DNA of 64,000 nt, taken from sequence record SRR20825006_226. One strand, 5' to 3'. The notes below the pieces were generated by a model, which did not search any database, was not told the DNA's origin, and worked only from the letters and a program-made list of their open reading frames with translations. Each line of letters opens with the position of its first letter. Position 1 is the stretch's first letter. Shown here one piece after another: positions 30,177-40,923 of this stretch. A program made the position numbers and the translations under genes.

Positions 30177-31403
30177 ATGAGCCATAAGCCTACAATTACC
30201 GATTCTCTTGAGTTCCCTTCCGATAGCAAGATACCAAAAATTGCTTTCGGTTTAGGAGCCGCTGGTCTTCTTACAAGTTTACTCGCCTATGTCTTAGGTG
30301 ATAACCATGACCAATTTTTCTTTTCTTACTTAGTAAGTTTTACTTTCTTCACTGGCATTGCCCTGTCTTCGTTGATTATGGTAATGTTCCACCATATCAC
30401 TAAGTCATCTTGGGGGACTCTTGTACGTCGAATTCCTGAGGTATTTGCTTCAAATATTTGGGTTTGGGCTATTTTCTTCATTCCTGTATTGTTTGGTATC
30501 CACAACCTTTATCACTGGAGCCATCCAGAATTAGTTGACCCTACAAACGCCGCATACGATAAAATTCTTGGTGGAAAGTCATCTTATCTGAATGTTAACT
30601 TTTTTATTATCCGTCAAGTTCTCTATTTCTTAGTTTGGGGCTTCTTAGGGCACAAATTATACAAAGCATCTGTAGATATGGACAAAACAGGTGATTGGGG
30701 ATTAACATCTCTAATGCGTAAAATCAGTGCACCTGGTATTCTTATATTTTCATTATCTATCGCTTTTGCTGGTTTTGATTGGCTAATGTCTTTAGACCCT
30801 CACTGGTTCTCTACCATGTTTGGTGTGTATTTCTTTGCCATCAATTTCCAAGCTTTTTGGCCTGTTATGATACTTTTAGTTCTATTTTTACAAAAAATGG
30901 GACTACTCAAAAACACTATAAAACAAGCTCATATTTATGACCTTGGCGCTTGGTTCTTCGCCTTTACTGTTTTTTATGCTTATATCGCTTTTAGCCAATT
31001 TATGCTGATATACTATGCAAATCTTCCTGAAGAGACTCTTTGGTTTTACAAACGTATGGAAGGTGGCTATGAAAATATTTTGTATAGCCTTCTTATTCTA
31101 CGCTTCGCGCTTCCATTTTTAGTATTACTAAATAGAGAAGCAAAACATAACAAAACAATTTTAGTTCTTGTATCTGTTTTAGTATTAGTGATGCATTATT
31201 TAGAAATTTATTGGATTGCTATGCCAACGCTTCACATTGAAGGCTCGCATGGCTTACACTTTAGCTGGATCAATATTGCAACAACTGTTGGGCTTGGAGG
31301 TATCTTTTTTGGTCTCTTTTTCAACAAGTTTAAAAAACAAAGCATGGTTCCAAAAAACGATCCAACGATGGACGACTGTTTATCAAAATCTTATCACCAT
31401 TAA
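30177..31403 (+). CDS. actF: Alternative complex III subunit F
   Basis: DWLMSLDPHWFSTMFG, FSQFMLIYYANLPEE. Confidence 0.9.
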   Translation: MSHKPTITDSLEFPSDSKIPKIAFGLGAAGLLTSLLAYVLGDNHDQFFFSYLVSFTFFTGIALSSLIMVMFHHITKSSWGTLVRRIPEVFASNIWVWAIFFIPVLFGIHNLYHWSHPELVDPTNAAYDKILGGKSSYLNVNFFIIRQVLYFLVWGFLGHKLYKASVDMDKTGDWGLTSLMRKISAPGILIFSLSIAFAGFDWLMSLDPHWFSTMFGVYFFAINFQAFWPVMILLVLFLQKMGLLKNTIKQAHIYDLGAWFFAFTVFYAYIAFSQFMLIYYANLPEETLWFYKRMEGGYENILYSLLILRFALPFLVLLNREAKHNKTILVLVSVLVLVMHYLEIYWIAMPTLHIEGSHGLHFSWINIATTVGLGGIFFGLFFNKFKKQSMVPKNDPTMDDCLSKSYHH

Positions 31404-31413
31404 TTGTTGACCT

Positions 31414-31956
31414 ATGTCCTCTAAGAATAGCGCTGAATTTAAAGCCAAAATTGCTCTCGAAGCCCTAGCCGTTTCTGTTGGGGAATTAGATGAATTAGCC
31501 GAAAAACACGGCGTTCCTCAAGCTGATATCATTGCTTGGGTTAACCAGTTAAAAAAGAAAGCTTCGTCAATCTTTACCGATGGTATAACTGATTTGTCAC
31601 CTATCACTAGTGAAGGCTTAGTAGAAGATTTTTCTTTTGACACAAGTGATCAAGTATTTTTAGACGATTATGAAATTGGTGTAACAACAGATACACTTAA
31701 TCTTAAACGAATTTCTATTTGGGCAGGATCTGGTGTAGTATTTGTTATTTTATCAATTATAGCACTTGTTCACTTTGCTGACTTTGCTATAACTGGTGCT
31801 CAACAAAAGGCTTCTGAAAATAGCGAATACTCTGAGATAGTAAACCTTACAGCAGATCAAAACGAGATACTTAATAGTTTTGGTGTAGTTGACGCCGAAA
31901 AAGGTATTTACCGAATTCCTATAGATAAGGCTATCGAAAAGATAGCTAAAGACTAA
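31414..31956 (+). CDS. ActG-like single-TM protein with N-terminal transposase-like HTH
   Basis: Lies between actF and sco; C-terminal GVVD..KGIYRIPIDKAIEKIA; N-terminal SAEFKAKIALEAL..ELAEKHGV..IIAW. Confidence 0.6.
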   Translation: MSSKNSAEFKAKIALEALAVSVGELDELAEKHGVPQADIIAWVNQLKKKASSIFTDGITDLSPITSEGLVEDFSFDTSDQVFLDDYEIGVTTDTLNLKRISIWAGSGVVFVILSIIALVHFADFAITGAQQKASENSEYSEIVNLTADQNEILNSFGVVDAEKGIYRIPIDKAIEKIAKD

Positions 31957-31959
31957 ATT

Positions 31960-32796
31960 ATGACACGCTTTGCACTAGCAGCAATTTTAACGCTTGCAGT
32001 GCTTATTTTTCCTGAACAAAGAAGTATTGCTCAGCTAAATGGTGATACACCAGAAGTGCTGCAGGGCGTTGGTATTGATGAAAAGTTGGGTGATATGATC
32101 CCACTTTCTGCCAAATTTTCGACAGTAAATGGCGACAGCACAACATTAGGTGCGCTGCTAGAGAAAGGTAAACCTGTTATTCTAAATCCATTGTACTATG
32201 ATTGCCCCGTTTTATGCGGCTTAGTAGTTGACGGGATGATAAATGTAGTTGATGAATTAGCTTGGCAACCAGGTAAAGATTATATCATAATTTCATTTAG
32301 TATTGATCCTACCGAAGATCATAACCTTGCTAAAGAATACCGTTCTAAATATTTGAGTAAACTTAAAAATACAGATGCCGAGAAAGGCTGGTATTTTTTA
32401 ACTGGTAAACAGAAGCAAATCGACACAGTGATTAACGATATTGGCTTTAAGTACACCAAAATAGCTGGAACCGAGGAATTTGCACATAGTGCAGCAATTT
32501 TAATGCTAAGCCCTGAAGGTAAAATTACTCGTTATCTTTACGGAATTAGCTACAAGGAATTTGACGTTCGCAACGCTCTTTATGAGTCTGCAGACGGCAA
32601 AATTGGGAATACACTAGAACAAGTGCTGATGTACTGCTATCAATATGATCCAGACTCAAACACCTATGCTCCTGTTGCTATCAATATAATGAAGCTCGGA
32701 GGCTTGGCTACACTAATTTTTCTAGGTATATTCCTCACCCTATTATGGGTTCGCGAAAAAAGCAAAAAACAAACTTCTAACATCGATTTTAACTAA
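31960..32796 (+). CDS. SCO1/SenC-family copper chaperone
   Basis: YYDCPVLC, SIDP, WYFLTG, FAH; C-terminal TM. Confidence 0.9.
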   Translation: MTRFALAAILTLAVLIFPEQRSIAQLNGDTPEVLQGVGIDEKLGDMIPLSAKFSTVNGDSTTLGALLEKGKPVILNPLYYDCPVLCGLVVDGMINVVDELAWQPGKDYIIISFSIDPTEDHNLAKEYRSKYLSKLKNTDAEKGWYFLTGKQKQIDTVINDIGFKYTKIAGTEEFAHSAAILMLSPEGKITRYLYGISYKEFDVRNALYESADGKIGNTLEQVLMYCYQYDPDSNTYAPVAINIMKLGGLATLIFLGIFLTLLWVREKSKKQTSNIDFN

Positions 32797-33737
32797 TGGG
32801 CAGATTATTCGATTTTATGCTTCCTGAGGCTAAATCGCCTACAGCTGAAAGCACGGACGCCTTATTCCACTTCATTAATGAAGTGAGTCTAATTCTTTTA
32901 CTTGGCATAACTATATCTATCATCTACTTTGCGATTAAATATCGTAGAAAATCAGAAGATGATGTACCTCCTGTAATAACTCATAACCACGCTTTGGAGA
33001 TAACTTGGTCTGTTATACCACTTCTTGTTTGTCTTGTTGTTTTTGCGTGGGGTTATAGCGGCTGGCTTAATCTAAAGTCTGTTCCAGATGACGCTTACGA
33101 GGTGAAAGTTACTGCTATGAAGTGGGTCTGGAACTTCGAATACGCAAATGGGGCAATATCTCCTCGAGAATTACATGTTCCAGCAGGTAAGCCAATCAAA
33201 CTAGTTATGAAATCTAGAGACGTTCTGCACTCTTTTTATGTTCCTGAATATAGAATTAAGCAAGATGTACTTCCAAACCGATACACCTATGTATGGTTTA
33301 ATGCAACGGAGCCAGGTGAATCACACATTTTCTGTACAGAGTATTGTGGAACTGATCACTCTGGTATGTTAGCCAAAGTAATTGTTCACGAACCTGAAGA
33401 GTTTGAAACTTGGTTACAAGCAAATGGCGGTGGCCCAAGTGATGACCCGGTAGAGCACGGTGAATCTTTGATTTCTCAAAATGGTTGCCAAGCTTGTCAC
33501 TCTACAGATGGCAGTAAAGGTATTGGACCAAGCTTTAAAGGCCTTTGGGATTCTAACGAAACTCTAGCTGACGGCTCTACCGTTAAAGTTGATGAAAATT
33601 ACATTCGTGAATCTATCCTAGCTCCTCAAGAAAAAATCGTTAAAGACTTCGAATTAGTTCCTATGACCTCTTTCCAAGGAATTCTTGACGACGAGCAAAT
33701 CAGTGCAATTATTGAATATATTAAAACTTTGAAGTGA
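32796..33737 (+). CDS. coxB: caa3-type cytochrome c oxidase subunit II with C-terminal cytochrome c
   Basis: [24 protein letters not shown] (CuA), CQACH. Confidence 0.94.
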   Translation: MGRLFDFMLPEAKSPTAESTDALFHFINEVSLILLLGITISIIYFAIKYRRKSEDDVPPVITHNHALEITWSVIPLLVCLVVFAWGYSGWLNLKSVPDDAYEVKVTAMKWVWNFEYANGAISPRELHVPAGKPIKLVMKSRDVLHSFYVPEYRIKQDVLPNRYTYVWFNATEPGESHIFCTEYCGTDHSGMLAKVIVHEPEEFETWLQANGGGPSDDPVEHGESLISQNGCQACHSTDGSKGIGPSFKGLWDSNETLADGSTVKVDENYIRESILAPQEKIVKDFELVPMTSFQGILDDEQISAIIEYIKTLK

Positions 33738-33738
33738 T

Positions 33739-35430
33739 ATGGCTACTGCTGAAGCAACTAATGTAAATACGCTGAAAGTTCAGCGTTTTAAACCCTCTGA
33801 TAATCCCTCTAAAAACTTTTTCACTGAAGAAAAAGGTGTTTGGGCATGGATGACCACTGTTGACCATAAGAAAATCGGTATCATGTATTTGGTAGCCGTA
33901 ACTTTTTTCTTCGCTATTGGTGGCGCGCTCGCACTAATATTAAGAACGAAACTTCTTACTGGTTCTAGTATTACTTTTATTGATGCTAATCAATATAACC
34001 AGCTATTTACAATACACGGAGCCATTATGGTGTTCTTTGTATTAGTTCCTAGTATCCCTGCAGCTTTAGGTAACTTTATATTACCTCTGCAATTAGGCGC
34101 CAAAGATGTTGCTTTTCCAAGGCTTAACTTAGCTAGTTTTTATATCTACGTAATAGGCGCAATTTTCACTTTTGTTGCACTTCTTACTAATGGCATTGAT
34201 ACAGGTTGGACTTTCTACACACCTTATAGTGTTGAATCTGGTACAAGTGTAATTTGGATTACCTTTGGTGTATTTATTCTTGGTTTCTCGTCTATTCTTA
34301 CGGGTACCAACTTCATTACCACCATTCACAAAATGAGAGCTCCTGGTATGTCATGGGGTAAAATGCCTCTTAATGTTTGGGCTCTTTATGCAACCTCAAT
34401 TATACAGGTTCTTGCAACTCCGGTTCTTGCAATTACACTTCTCCTTCTTATTATGGAAAGGTTATTGGGTATTGGTATTTTTGATTCTGCTTTAGGTGGT
34501 GACCCCGTATTGTTCCAGCATTTCTTTTGGTTCTATTCTCACCCAGCTGTTTACATTATGATTGTACCAGGTTTTGGTATCATCTCAGAAGTAATCGCGA
34601 CCTTTTCTAAAAAAACCATCTTTGGATACTGGGCTATTGCACTTTCTTCCCTAGCAATTGCTTTTATTGGCTTTTTAGTATGGGGACATCATATGTTCAC
34701 TTCTGGACAGTCAGCTGTAGCAACAACAGTATTTTCTTTTCTTACCTTCCTAGTTGGTATACCAACAGGAATTAAAGTTCTGAACTGGCTTGCAACACTT
34801 TACAAAGGCTCTATAAAGCTCGATACGCCAATGGTGTATGCTTTGTCTTTCCTCTTTATTTTCTCAATTGGTGGCTTCACTGGAATTACACTTGGTGCAC
34901 TTTCTGTAGATATTCACCTTCATGATACATATTACGTTGTTGCCCATTTCCATTATGTAATGATGGGTGGTACTTTAATTGCGCTGTTGGCTGGTTTACA
35001 TTACTGGTGGCCAAAAATGACTGGTAAAATGTACAACGAAACTTTGGGTCGCATTGGCGCAGGATTTATCTTTGTAGGCTTTAACACTACATTCTTACCT
35101 CAGTTCGTAATGGGTGCACAAGGAATGCCAAGACGTTATTACACTTATATCGATCAGTATGCAGCATTCCATATTACCTCAACTATTGGATCATACATTT
35201 TGGGTGTAGGCTTCTTATTAATTCTTTATTACCTACTTCATTCACTTTGGAAAGGTAAAACTGCTCCAGCTAATCCTTGGGGAAGCCGAGCACTAGAATG
35301 GCAAGCAACTTCACCACCAGATTTACACAACTTCGACCATACTCCGGTAATCATAAACGGACCTTATGACTATCACAAACCTATGGAAGAGTTTCAGTTG
35401 GGTATAGCTGAGAAGAACGAGCATCACTAG
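33739..35430 (+). CDS. coxA: Cytochrome c oxidase subunit I, A2 type
   Basis: [36 protein letters not shown]. Confidence 0.96.
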   Translation: MATAEATNVNTLKVQRFKPSDNPSKNFFTEEKGVWAWMTTVDHKKIGIMYLVAVTFFFAIGGALALILRTKLLTGSSITFIDANQYNQLFTIHGAIMVFFVLVPSIPAALGNFILPLQLGAKDVAFPRLNLASFYIYVIGAIFTFVALLTNGIDTGWTFYTPYSVESGTSVIWITFGVFILGFSSILTGTNFITTIHKMRAPGMSWGKMPLNVWALYATSIIQVLATPVLAITLLLLIMERLLGIGIFDSALGGDPVLFQHFFWFYSHPAVYIMIVPGFGIISEVIATFSKKTIFGYWAIALSSLAIAFIGFLVWGHHMFTSGQSAVATTVFSFLTFLVGIPTGIKVLNWLATLYKGSIKLDTPMVYALSFLFIFSIGGFTGITLGALSVDIHLHDTYYVVAHFHYVMMGGTLIALLAGLHYWWPKMTGKMYNETLGRIGAGFIFVGFNTTFLPQFVMGAQGMPRRYYTYIDQYAAFHITSTIGSYILGVGFLLILYYLLHSLWKGKTAPANPWGSRALEWQATSPPDLHNFDHTPVIINGPYDYHKPMEEFQLGIAEKNEHH

Positions 35431-35511
35431 TATATAAATGTGTAAGTAACTTAGATACTTACATATGAATTTGAATAAGAAATTAACAACAAACAAAATC
35501 AGATAAGATAA

Positions 35512-36177
35512 ATGGCGAATCATTCAACGGCGCAACCATCTCATGTTCAGCACCACTTTGTGGATTCTGATCATCAGTTCGATGCCGCAAAAATGGGGAT
35601 GTGGGTTTTTATTGTAAATGAGATTCTCTTCTTTGGAGGCCTATTTTGTGCCTACATTGTATTCAGATCTTGGTACCCAGATCTTTTTCATCAAGCAGCT
35701 TACGAGCTTAATGCCGTACTAGGTGGAATTAACACCGTTGTACTTATTGGTAGTAGTCTTTCTGTTGCCATGGCAATTCGTGCCGCACAAACCGACAATA
35801 CGAAAGGATTGAGAATTAATCTTATAATTACTATAGTTTTAGCTTGTGTATTTATGGCGATTAAAGCTTACGAATACAATCACAAGTTTGATCTTGGTAT
35901 CTTTCCTGGACAGTATTATAATCCAGAACCAGAAGTTCTAGAGCACTTATTTCATCCTAAGGCCCATGTCTTCTTTAGTATTTATTACATGTTAACTGGA
36001 GTTCATGCTTTGCACGTTCTCATCGGTATCGGATTAATGGTTTGGCTTTATATTCGTGCTGGTAAAGGCCATTTCGGCAGCGAATATTACACTCCAGTTG
36101 AAATCACCGGGCTGTATTGGCATTTGGTCGATTTGATTTGGATTTTCCTCTTCCCACTACTCTACTTAATTGAATGA
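35512..36177 (+). CDS. coxC: Cytochrome c oxidase subunit III
   Basis: GMWVF..EILFFGGLF, TGVHALHV, YWHLVD. Confidence 0.93.
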   Translation: MANHSTAQPSHVQHHFVDSDHQFDAAKMGMWVFIVNEILFFGGLFCAYIVFRSWYPDLFHQAAYELNAVLGGINTVVLIGSSLSVAMAIRAAQTDNTKGLRINLIITIVLACVFMAIKAYEYNHKFDLGIFPGQYYNPEPEVLEHLFHPKAHVFFSIYYMLTGVHALHVLIGIGLMVWLYIRAGKGHFGSEYYTPVEITGLYWHLVDLIWIFLFPLLYLIE

Positions 36178-36190
36178 TAGGACTTTAGCT

Positions 36191-36508
36191 ATGAGCACAC
36201 ACAAACACGAACATCATATTTCATCGCCTAAGCAACTTTGGGCAATTGGTATTGCACTTACTTTTCTTACGCTTTTAACTGTAGTTTTAGCTAAAGTAGT
36301 AATTTTACCAGCCCCTTACGGCATTATTGTAGCGCTATCTATTGCATGTGTAAAAGCATTTTTAGTAGCTGCATTTTTCATGAACCTTTATTGGGATTCA
36401 AAATTTAACGTACTCCTACTTCTAGCGGCCGTTGTCTTCTTCGCGCTTATGGTAGGCGTTACTTTACTCGATACTCTTTATCGTGTAGATGTAATTCCTT
36501 CTTTCTAA
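36191..36508 (+). CDS. coxD: Cytochrome c oxidase subunit IV family protein
   Basis: His-rich N-terminus, LT.LTV, IA.VKA.LVA.FFM.L; ATG 36191. Confidence 0.85.
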   Translation: MSTHKHEHHISSPKQLWAIGIALTFLTLLTVVLAKVVILPAPYGIIVALSIACVKAFLVAAFFMNLYWDSKFNVLLLLAAVVFFALMVGVTLLDTLYRVDVIPSF

Positions 36509-36528
36509 GTTTTAGGATTCACTCTTTT

Positions 36529-36561
36529 AAAACCCTGCACATTATTGTGTAGGGTTTTTTT
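36529..36561 (+). terminator. Intrinsic terminator ending the act-cox operon
   Basis: AAAACCCTGCAC-attatt-GTGTAGGGTTTTTTT. Confidence 0.85.
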
Positions 36562-36626
36562 GTTTAGGGAAGGTATTCTCTCCTCTCTTTGTTATTTTAA
36601 ATGGAAACTAATTTTTTGAAAGAATT

Positions 36627-37502
36627 ATGAGTCTGACTAAAACTACTATCGGAGATTTCGAACTTTTCACAATTCATACTGGTGACTTTAAGCTTGATGG
36701 TGGTGCCATGTTTGGCGTAGTCCCTAAAACACTCTGGAGCCGTGGCATTCCCGCTGATGAAAAGAATCGCATCCAAATGACCATGCGTTGTTTGCTCATT
36801 CGTTCAAAAATAACAAATAAGCTCTACTTAATCGACAATGGTGTAGGAACTAAATTCGACGAGAAGATGATGGGAATTTATGACATTGACTTCAGCACCC
36901 ATAGTTTAGAAGCTTCTTTTAAAGAGCACGGCTTTAAGTTTTCTGATGTAACCGATGTTATCTTCACACACCTACACTTCGACCATTGTGGTGGAACCAG
37001 TTATTATGACAGCGAAGGGAAATCAATATTTACTTTCCCCAACGCTAACTATCATGTAAATAAAGCACACTGGCAAACAGCTATTAATCCAAACGCCCGA
37101 GAACAAGCGAGTTTTCTAAAAGAAAACATTGAGCCACTTAAAGCTATCTCACGTGTAAACTTAGTTGATGATGGACACGAGTTTGAGCCCGGTTTATCCA
37201 CCATTGTTGTTAACGGACATACTTTAGGCCAACAGCTTCCTAAAATTGAAGGCGAAGGAAAAACCATTGTTTTTGTAGCAGATTTATTAGCTACACATGT
37301 TCACGTTCCGCTTGCTTGGGTAATGGGTTACGATATGTACCCTGCCGAAACCCTTCTTGAAAAAGAACGATTTCTAAAAGAAGCTTCAGAAAAAAACTGG
37401 AACCTCTTCTTAGAGCATGATTATTACCAAGAAATTATTAAAATTGGTTTCGAAAGAAATAGATTTTCTGTTTCAGAGACTAAGACATTAAATGATGTTT
37501 AG
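36627..37502 (+). CDS. MBL-fold metallo-hydrolase (YtnP-like)
   Basis: LDGGAMFGVVPK, THLHFDHCGG, GHT.GQQ, ADL, GYD, EHD. Confidence 0.88.
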   Translation: MSLTKTTIGDFELFTIHTGDFKLDGGAMFGVVPKTLWSRGIPADEKNRIQMTMRCLLIRSKITNKLYLIDNGVGTKFDEKMMGIYDIDFSTHSLEASFKEHGFKFSDVTDVIFTHLHFDHCGGTSYYDSEGKSIFTFPNANYHVNKAHWQTAINPNAREQASFLKENIEPLKAISRVNLVDDGHEFEPGLSTIVVNGHTLGQQLPKIEGEGKTIVFVADLLATHVHVPLAWVMGYDMYPAETLLEKERFLKEASEKNWNLFLEHDYYQEIIKIGFERNRFSVSETKTLNDV

Positions 37503-37550
37503 TCTCCAACTTTAAAGAACTAATTAGTCAGATTTTTGCGTTCTTAAGCC

Positions 37551-40500
37551 ATGCCTCAGAATAATACAGACAACAAAGTATCATCACTACGCCAAGCGCT
37601 AATAGATGGTTATAACAGGCTCAACCGAAAAGCACGATTAAGTGCATTTCTGTTTTCTTTAGCTCTATTATTCGGATTGTTTGTAGCCTACATTCTTACT
37701 GAAGAGTTTGTTTACCTTTCATCTTCCTACAAGGCATCTATTCTATTAGTTGCCGTTTTATTTTCTACTTTTGTCTTTTTTAGATATAGACAGTCCACAG
37801 CATATAATGACTTCAAAGACTTCTACAGATTATTTTGTAAATACGCTAATCTTAGAGAGCTCAATTATTCTATAGATTTACTCACCGATGATCACTCCAA
37901 TCCTGATTTAGTTCAAGCGGCGATAGACAACAACCTTGAGCAAGTAGACAATCTGGCTTTTAAAGCAAAACTTGCAGAGTTTCTAAAGTCACAATCAAGT
38001 ACCATTTCGTACTCCAGATCACTTTACGCCTTAACCTTCTCTCTTGCTGTTTTAGTGTGTTTGAGCTTTATTTTTAATTCTGGAACACAACGCGCCGCAC
38101 AATTCTGGATGAACTATGACAAACCAAATCCTTATAGCTTCTATGTTTCACCTGGTGATTCCACCTTTGAGCAAGGATCAACATTTGTAGTTCATACTTT
38201 TTTTACTGGTAAAGAAGTTCCTGAAAAAATAGAGCTGATGCTAAAAACGGATGTAGAAACAGATTTCCGTTCTAGAAAAATGGACTTTAATGGAAGTTCG
38301 TTTGAGTCCATTCCGTTCGACATCAATAATGACACCGATTATTATGTTGAAATGGACGGGTTTAAAACCTCCATTTCAAAAGCAAGTGTACAACTTCGTC
38401 CACGATTTGTAGAACTTACTGCAACTATCATTCCTCCCATCTATACAAAACTTGATACCAGCTTCCAACAGTATCCATTTTCACTTGTAAGAGCTTATCC
38501 CGGCTCTACCATATCAATACTCGGAGTGATGAACAAAGAGCTCTTAACTTCTAGTTTTACCATTAATAACGATACTACTGAGTTTTCTAGCACAGATAGT
38601 TTGATTTACGCTACAAAACTGTCCGTTATTAAATCAGATACTGTAAGTTTCTTTTTAAAGGACGAAAAGGGGCTTACAAATAAAAATCCATTTAGATTTA
38701 TTATTTCACCAATAATAGATGAATATCCATTTGCAGAAATTATTGAACCTAGGAATTCACTTGAGCTCGTTGAACCTAAAACAATAACCGTGGTCTCAAA
38801 ATCTACCGATGACTTTGGAATTACCAAGACTACTCTAAATTATGAACTCCGCAAGGCTTACGTAGAGGAACCAAAAAAAGGCTCAGTTTTACTTAAAAGT
38901 ATCCAGAATGGTGTTCTAAATAGTTACGATTGGAATTTATCAAGCCTCAAATTATCTCCACTTGATGAACTAGATTTCTGGATTGAAACTATCGACAATG
39001 ACGCGTTTAGTGGATATAAAACTTCACAATCCCAAACGATTACGCTAACAGTACCTTCGCTCATCGACTACTTTGAATCTCTAGATGAAAAAGAGACGGA
39101 TATCGAGACTAGCATGGACACCATCTCAGAAACTTTTGAAGAAGTAGAAAGAAAGTATGAAGAATTTAAAGAGAGCTTAAAAGAGAATCCTAAAGCTAAT
39201 TACGAACAGCAAAAGCAACTCGAAGAAGTACAGAAACAGCAGGAGGAAGTTGATAAGCAGATTGAGGAATTGAATAAGAAGTTCGATGAGATAAAGGATG
39301 AACTAAGTGAAAACAATTTGCTGTCTGAAGAAACTCAAAAAGCTTATGAGGAACTTCAGAAGTTGATGGAAGAAATTAATGACCCCGCATTGCAAGAAGC
39401 TCTCCAAAAGTTGCAGGAGCAAATGACAAAGTTTAATCCTGAAGAACTCCGAAAAGCGATGGAGAAGGTGGAGTTTAACGAAGAAGCCTATAAAGAACGC
39501 ATCAAGCGGACAATGGACTTGTTTAAGCAACTTAAACTGATGTCCGATTTAGAAAAACTAGCAAAGTCTTTTGAGGATCAAGCCCGACAAGAGAATGAAA
39601 TTCAAAATAGTCCACCTTCTCAACAAGAACTTGAAAAAAAGAGGGAGCAAGACCAAGAGCAACTTGAAAAACTCAAACAAGCTTTAGATAAGCTAGAAGA
39701 ATACACTTCTGATAAAAATAAGGAGCAGATTTCTGAGTATAAAGAACAGATTAAAAAAGAATTAGAAGACATACAGAAAGAGCTTCAAAAGCAGAGTAAA
39801 AAGGGAAGTGAAAGTGAGTCCGAAGAACAAGATGGGGGCAAACAATCACCTCAAAAAACCTTTGAAAAGCAATTTCAGGAAATGGCATCGAAAACTAGAG
39901 AAGCAATGGAATCAGCTTCTGGACAACAGATGCAAATCAACATAGCGGGATTGCGTTACGTGCTTTACTCGCTCCTTACCATTTCCAATGAACAAGAAAA
40001 CTTAGTGGTAGCAACTCAAGAAACTGAAAGTAGAAGTCTTGCCTATATCAACTATGCACGCGAGCAAAAGAGCCTACAACAGCTTTTTGATTCAATATCT
40101 GACTCATTATCTAAACTAGCCTCCGAAATTCCGCAGTTTTCTAATGAAATTAGTAAAAAGAAGTTGGAAGTGAGGAGTCAACTTGATCGCTCGCTTACAC
40201 AAATGGCTGAAAGAGATAATAGAAATTCTTCAGTTGCATCTCGACAAGCTTTTGGGGGCATCAACGATATTTCATTTATGATTGCAAATTTATTAGAGCA
40301 GCTCCAAGATCAAAGCAATGGCACGGGTGGTTCTGGCGGCGGAATGTCGATGCAGCAAATGATGGAACAAATGGGCGAGATGGGGAAAAGCCAACAACAG
40401 CTCAATCAGCAGCTTCAAGATATGATTAACGACATGCAGGGCGAAAGGCTCTCCCAAGACCAAATGGAGCGTGTTAATCAAATGGCAAAGCAACAGAACC

Positions 40501-40907
40501 AGATTAGAAAGCAACTTCAGGAGTTGCAACGAAACGGTGGTTCTAATGGCGATAAAATAGGAAGTGAATTACAACGCATGATTGAGCAGATGGAGGATAC
40601 CATCAACGATTTACGTGGTGGTTCTGTAGATCCACTTCTGATTGAACGACAACAGAATATTTTATCTAGGATGCTAGAGTCTGAAAAGGCACTTCAAGAA
40701 CGTGATGAAGAGGAAAAAAGAGAAGGCAAAACAGGGGAACAAAATATTAAGGCAAATCCGCCTAAAATGAGTTTAGAAGAGTTAGAGAAACAAATTCGAA
40801 CTCGACTCAATGATCCAAACTTCACTAAGTACTCACCCGATTATCAACGTTTAATCGAACGATACTTTGAGCTTCTTAAAATAATAGACCAAAGTAAAAT
40901 TCAGTAA
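37551..40907 (+). CDS. DUF4175-like membrane protein with long coiled coil
   Basis: N-terminal TMs, beta-rich middle (DDFGI), E/Q/K-rich coiled coil, RQQNILSRMLESEKA, YFELL. Confidence 0.75.
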   Translation: MPQNNTDNKVSSLRQALIDGYNRLNRKARLSAFLFSLALLFGLFVAYILTEEFVYLSSSYKASILLVAVLFSTFVFFRYRQSTAYNDFKDFYRLFCKYANLRELNYSIDLLTDDHSNPDLVQAAIDNNLEQVDNLAFKAKLAEFLKSQSSTISYSRSLYALTFSLAVLVCLSFIFNSGTQRAAQFWMNYDKPNPYSFYVSPGDSTFEQGSTFVVHTFFTGKEVPEKIELMLKTDVETDFRSRKMDFNGSSFESIPFDINNDTDYYVEMDGFKTSISKASVQLRPRFVELTATIIPPIYTKLDTSFQQYPFSLVRAYPGSTISILGVMNKELLTSSFTINNDTTEFSSTDSLIYATKLSVIKSDTVSFFLKDEKGLTNKNPFRFIISPIIDEYPFAEIIEPRNSLELVEPKTITVVSKSTDDFGITKTTLNYELRKAYVEEPKKGSVLLKSIQNGVLNSYDWNLSSLKLSPLDELDFWIETIDNDAFSGYKTSQSQTITLTVPSLIDYFESLDEKETDIETSMDTISETFEEVERKYEEFKESLKENPKANYEQQKQLEEVQKQQEEVDKQIEELNKKFDEIKDELSENNLLSEETQKAYEELQKLMEEINDPALQEALQKLQEQMTKFNPEELRKAMEKVEFNEEAYKERIKRTMDLFKQLKLMSDLEKLAKSFEDQARQENEIQNSPPSQQELEKKREQDQEQLEKLKQALDKLEEYTSDKNKEQISEYKEQIKKELEDIQKELQKQSKKGSESESEEQDGGKQSPQKTFEKQFQEMASKTREAMESASGQQMQINIAGLRYVLYSLLTISNEQENLVVATQETESRSLAYINYAREQKSLQQLFDSISDSLSKLASEIPQFSNEISKKKLEVRSQLDRSLTQMAERDNRNSSVASRQAFGGINDISFMIANLLEQLQDQSNGTGGSGGGMSMQQMMEQMGEMGKSQQQLNQQLQDMINDMQGERLSQDQMERVNQMAKQQNQIRKQLQELQRNGGSNGDKIGSELQRMIEQMEDTINDLRGGSVDPLLIERQQNILSRMLESEKALQERDEEEKREGKTGEQNIKANPPKMSLEELEKQIRTRLNDPNFTKYSPDYQRLIERYFELLKIIDQSKIQ

Positions 40908-40923
40908 CATTTCAACTTATTAG

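Noticed and set aside
31414-31580. Active IS3-family element
   Set aside because: No DDE integrase ORF, terminal inverted repeats or target duplication seen; the reading frame continues into a TM subunit
13903-37502. The two MBL-fold genes (13903-14652, 36627-37502) as beta-lactamases
   Set aside because: Motifs fit general hydrolase subfamilies, not class B beta-lactamases
39100-40800. Tandem-repeat-like low complexity
   Set aside because: Explained by the E/Q/K-rich coiled-coil coding sequence
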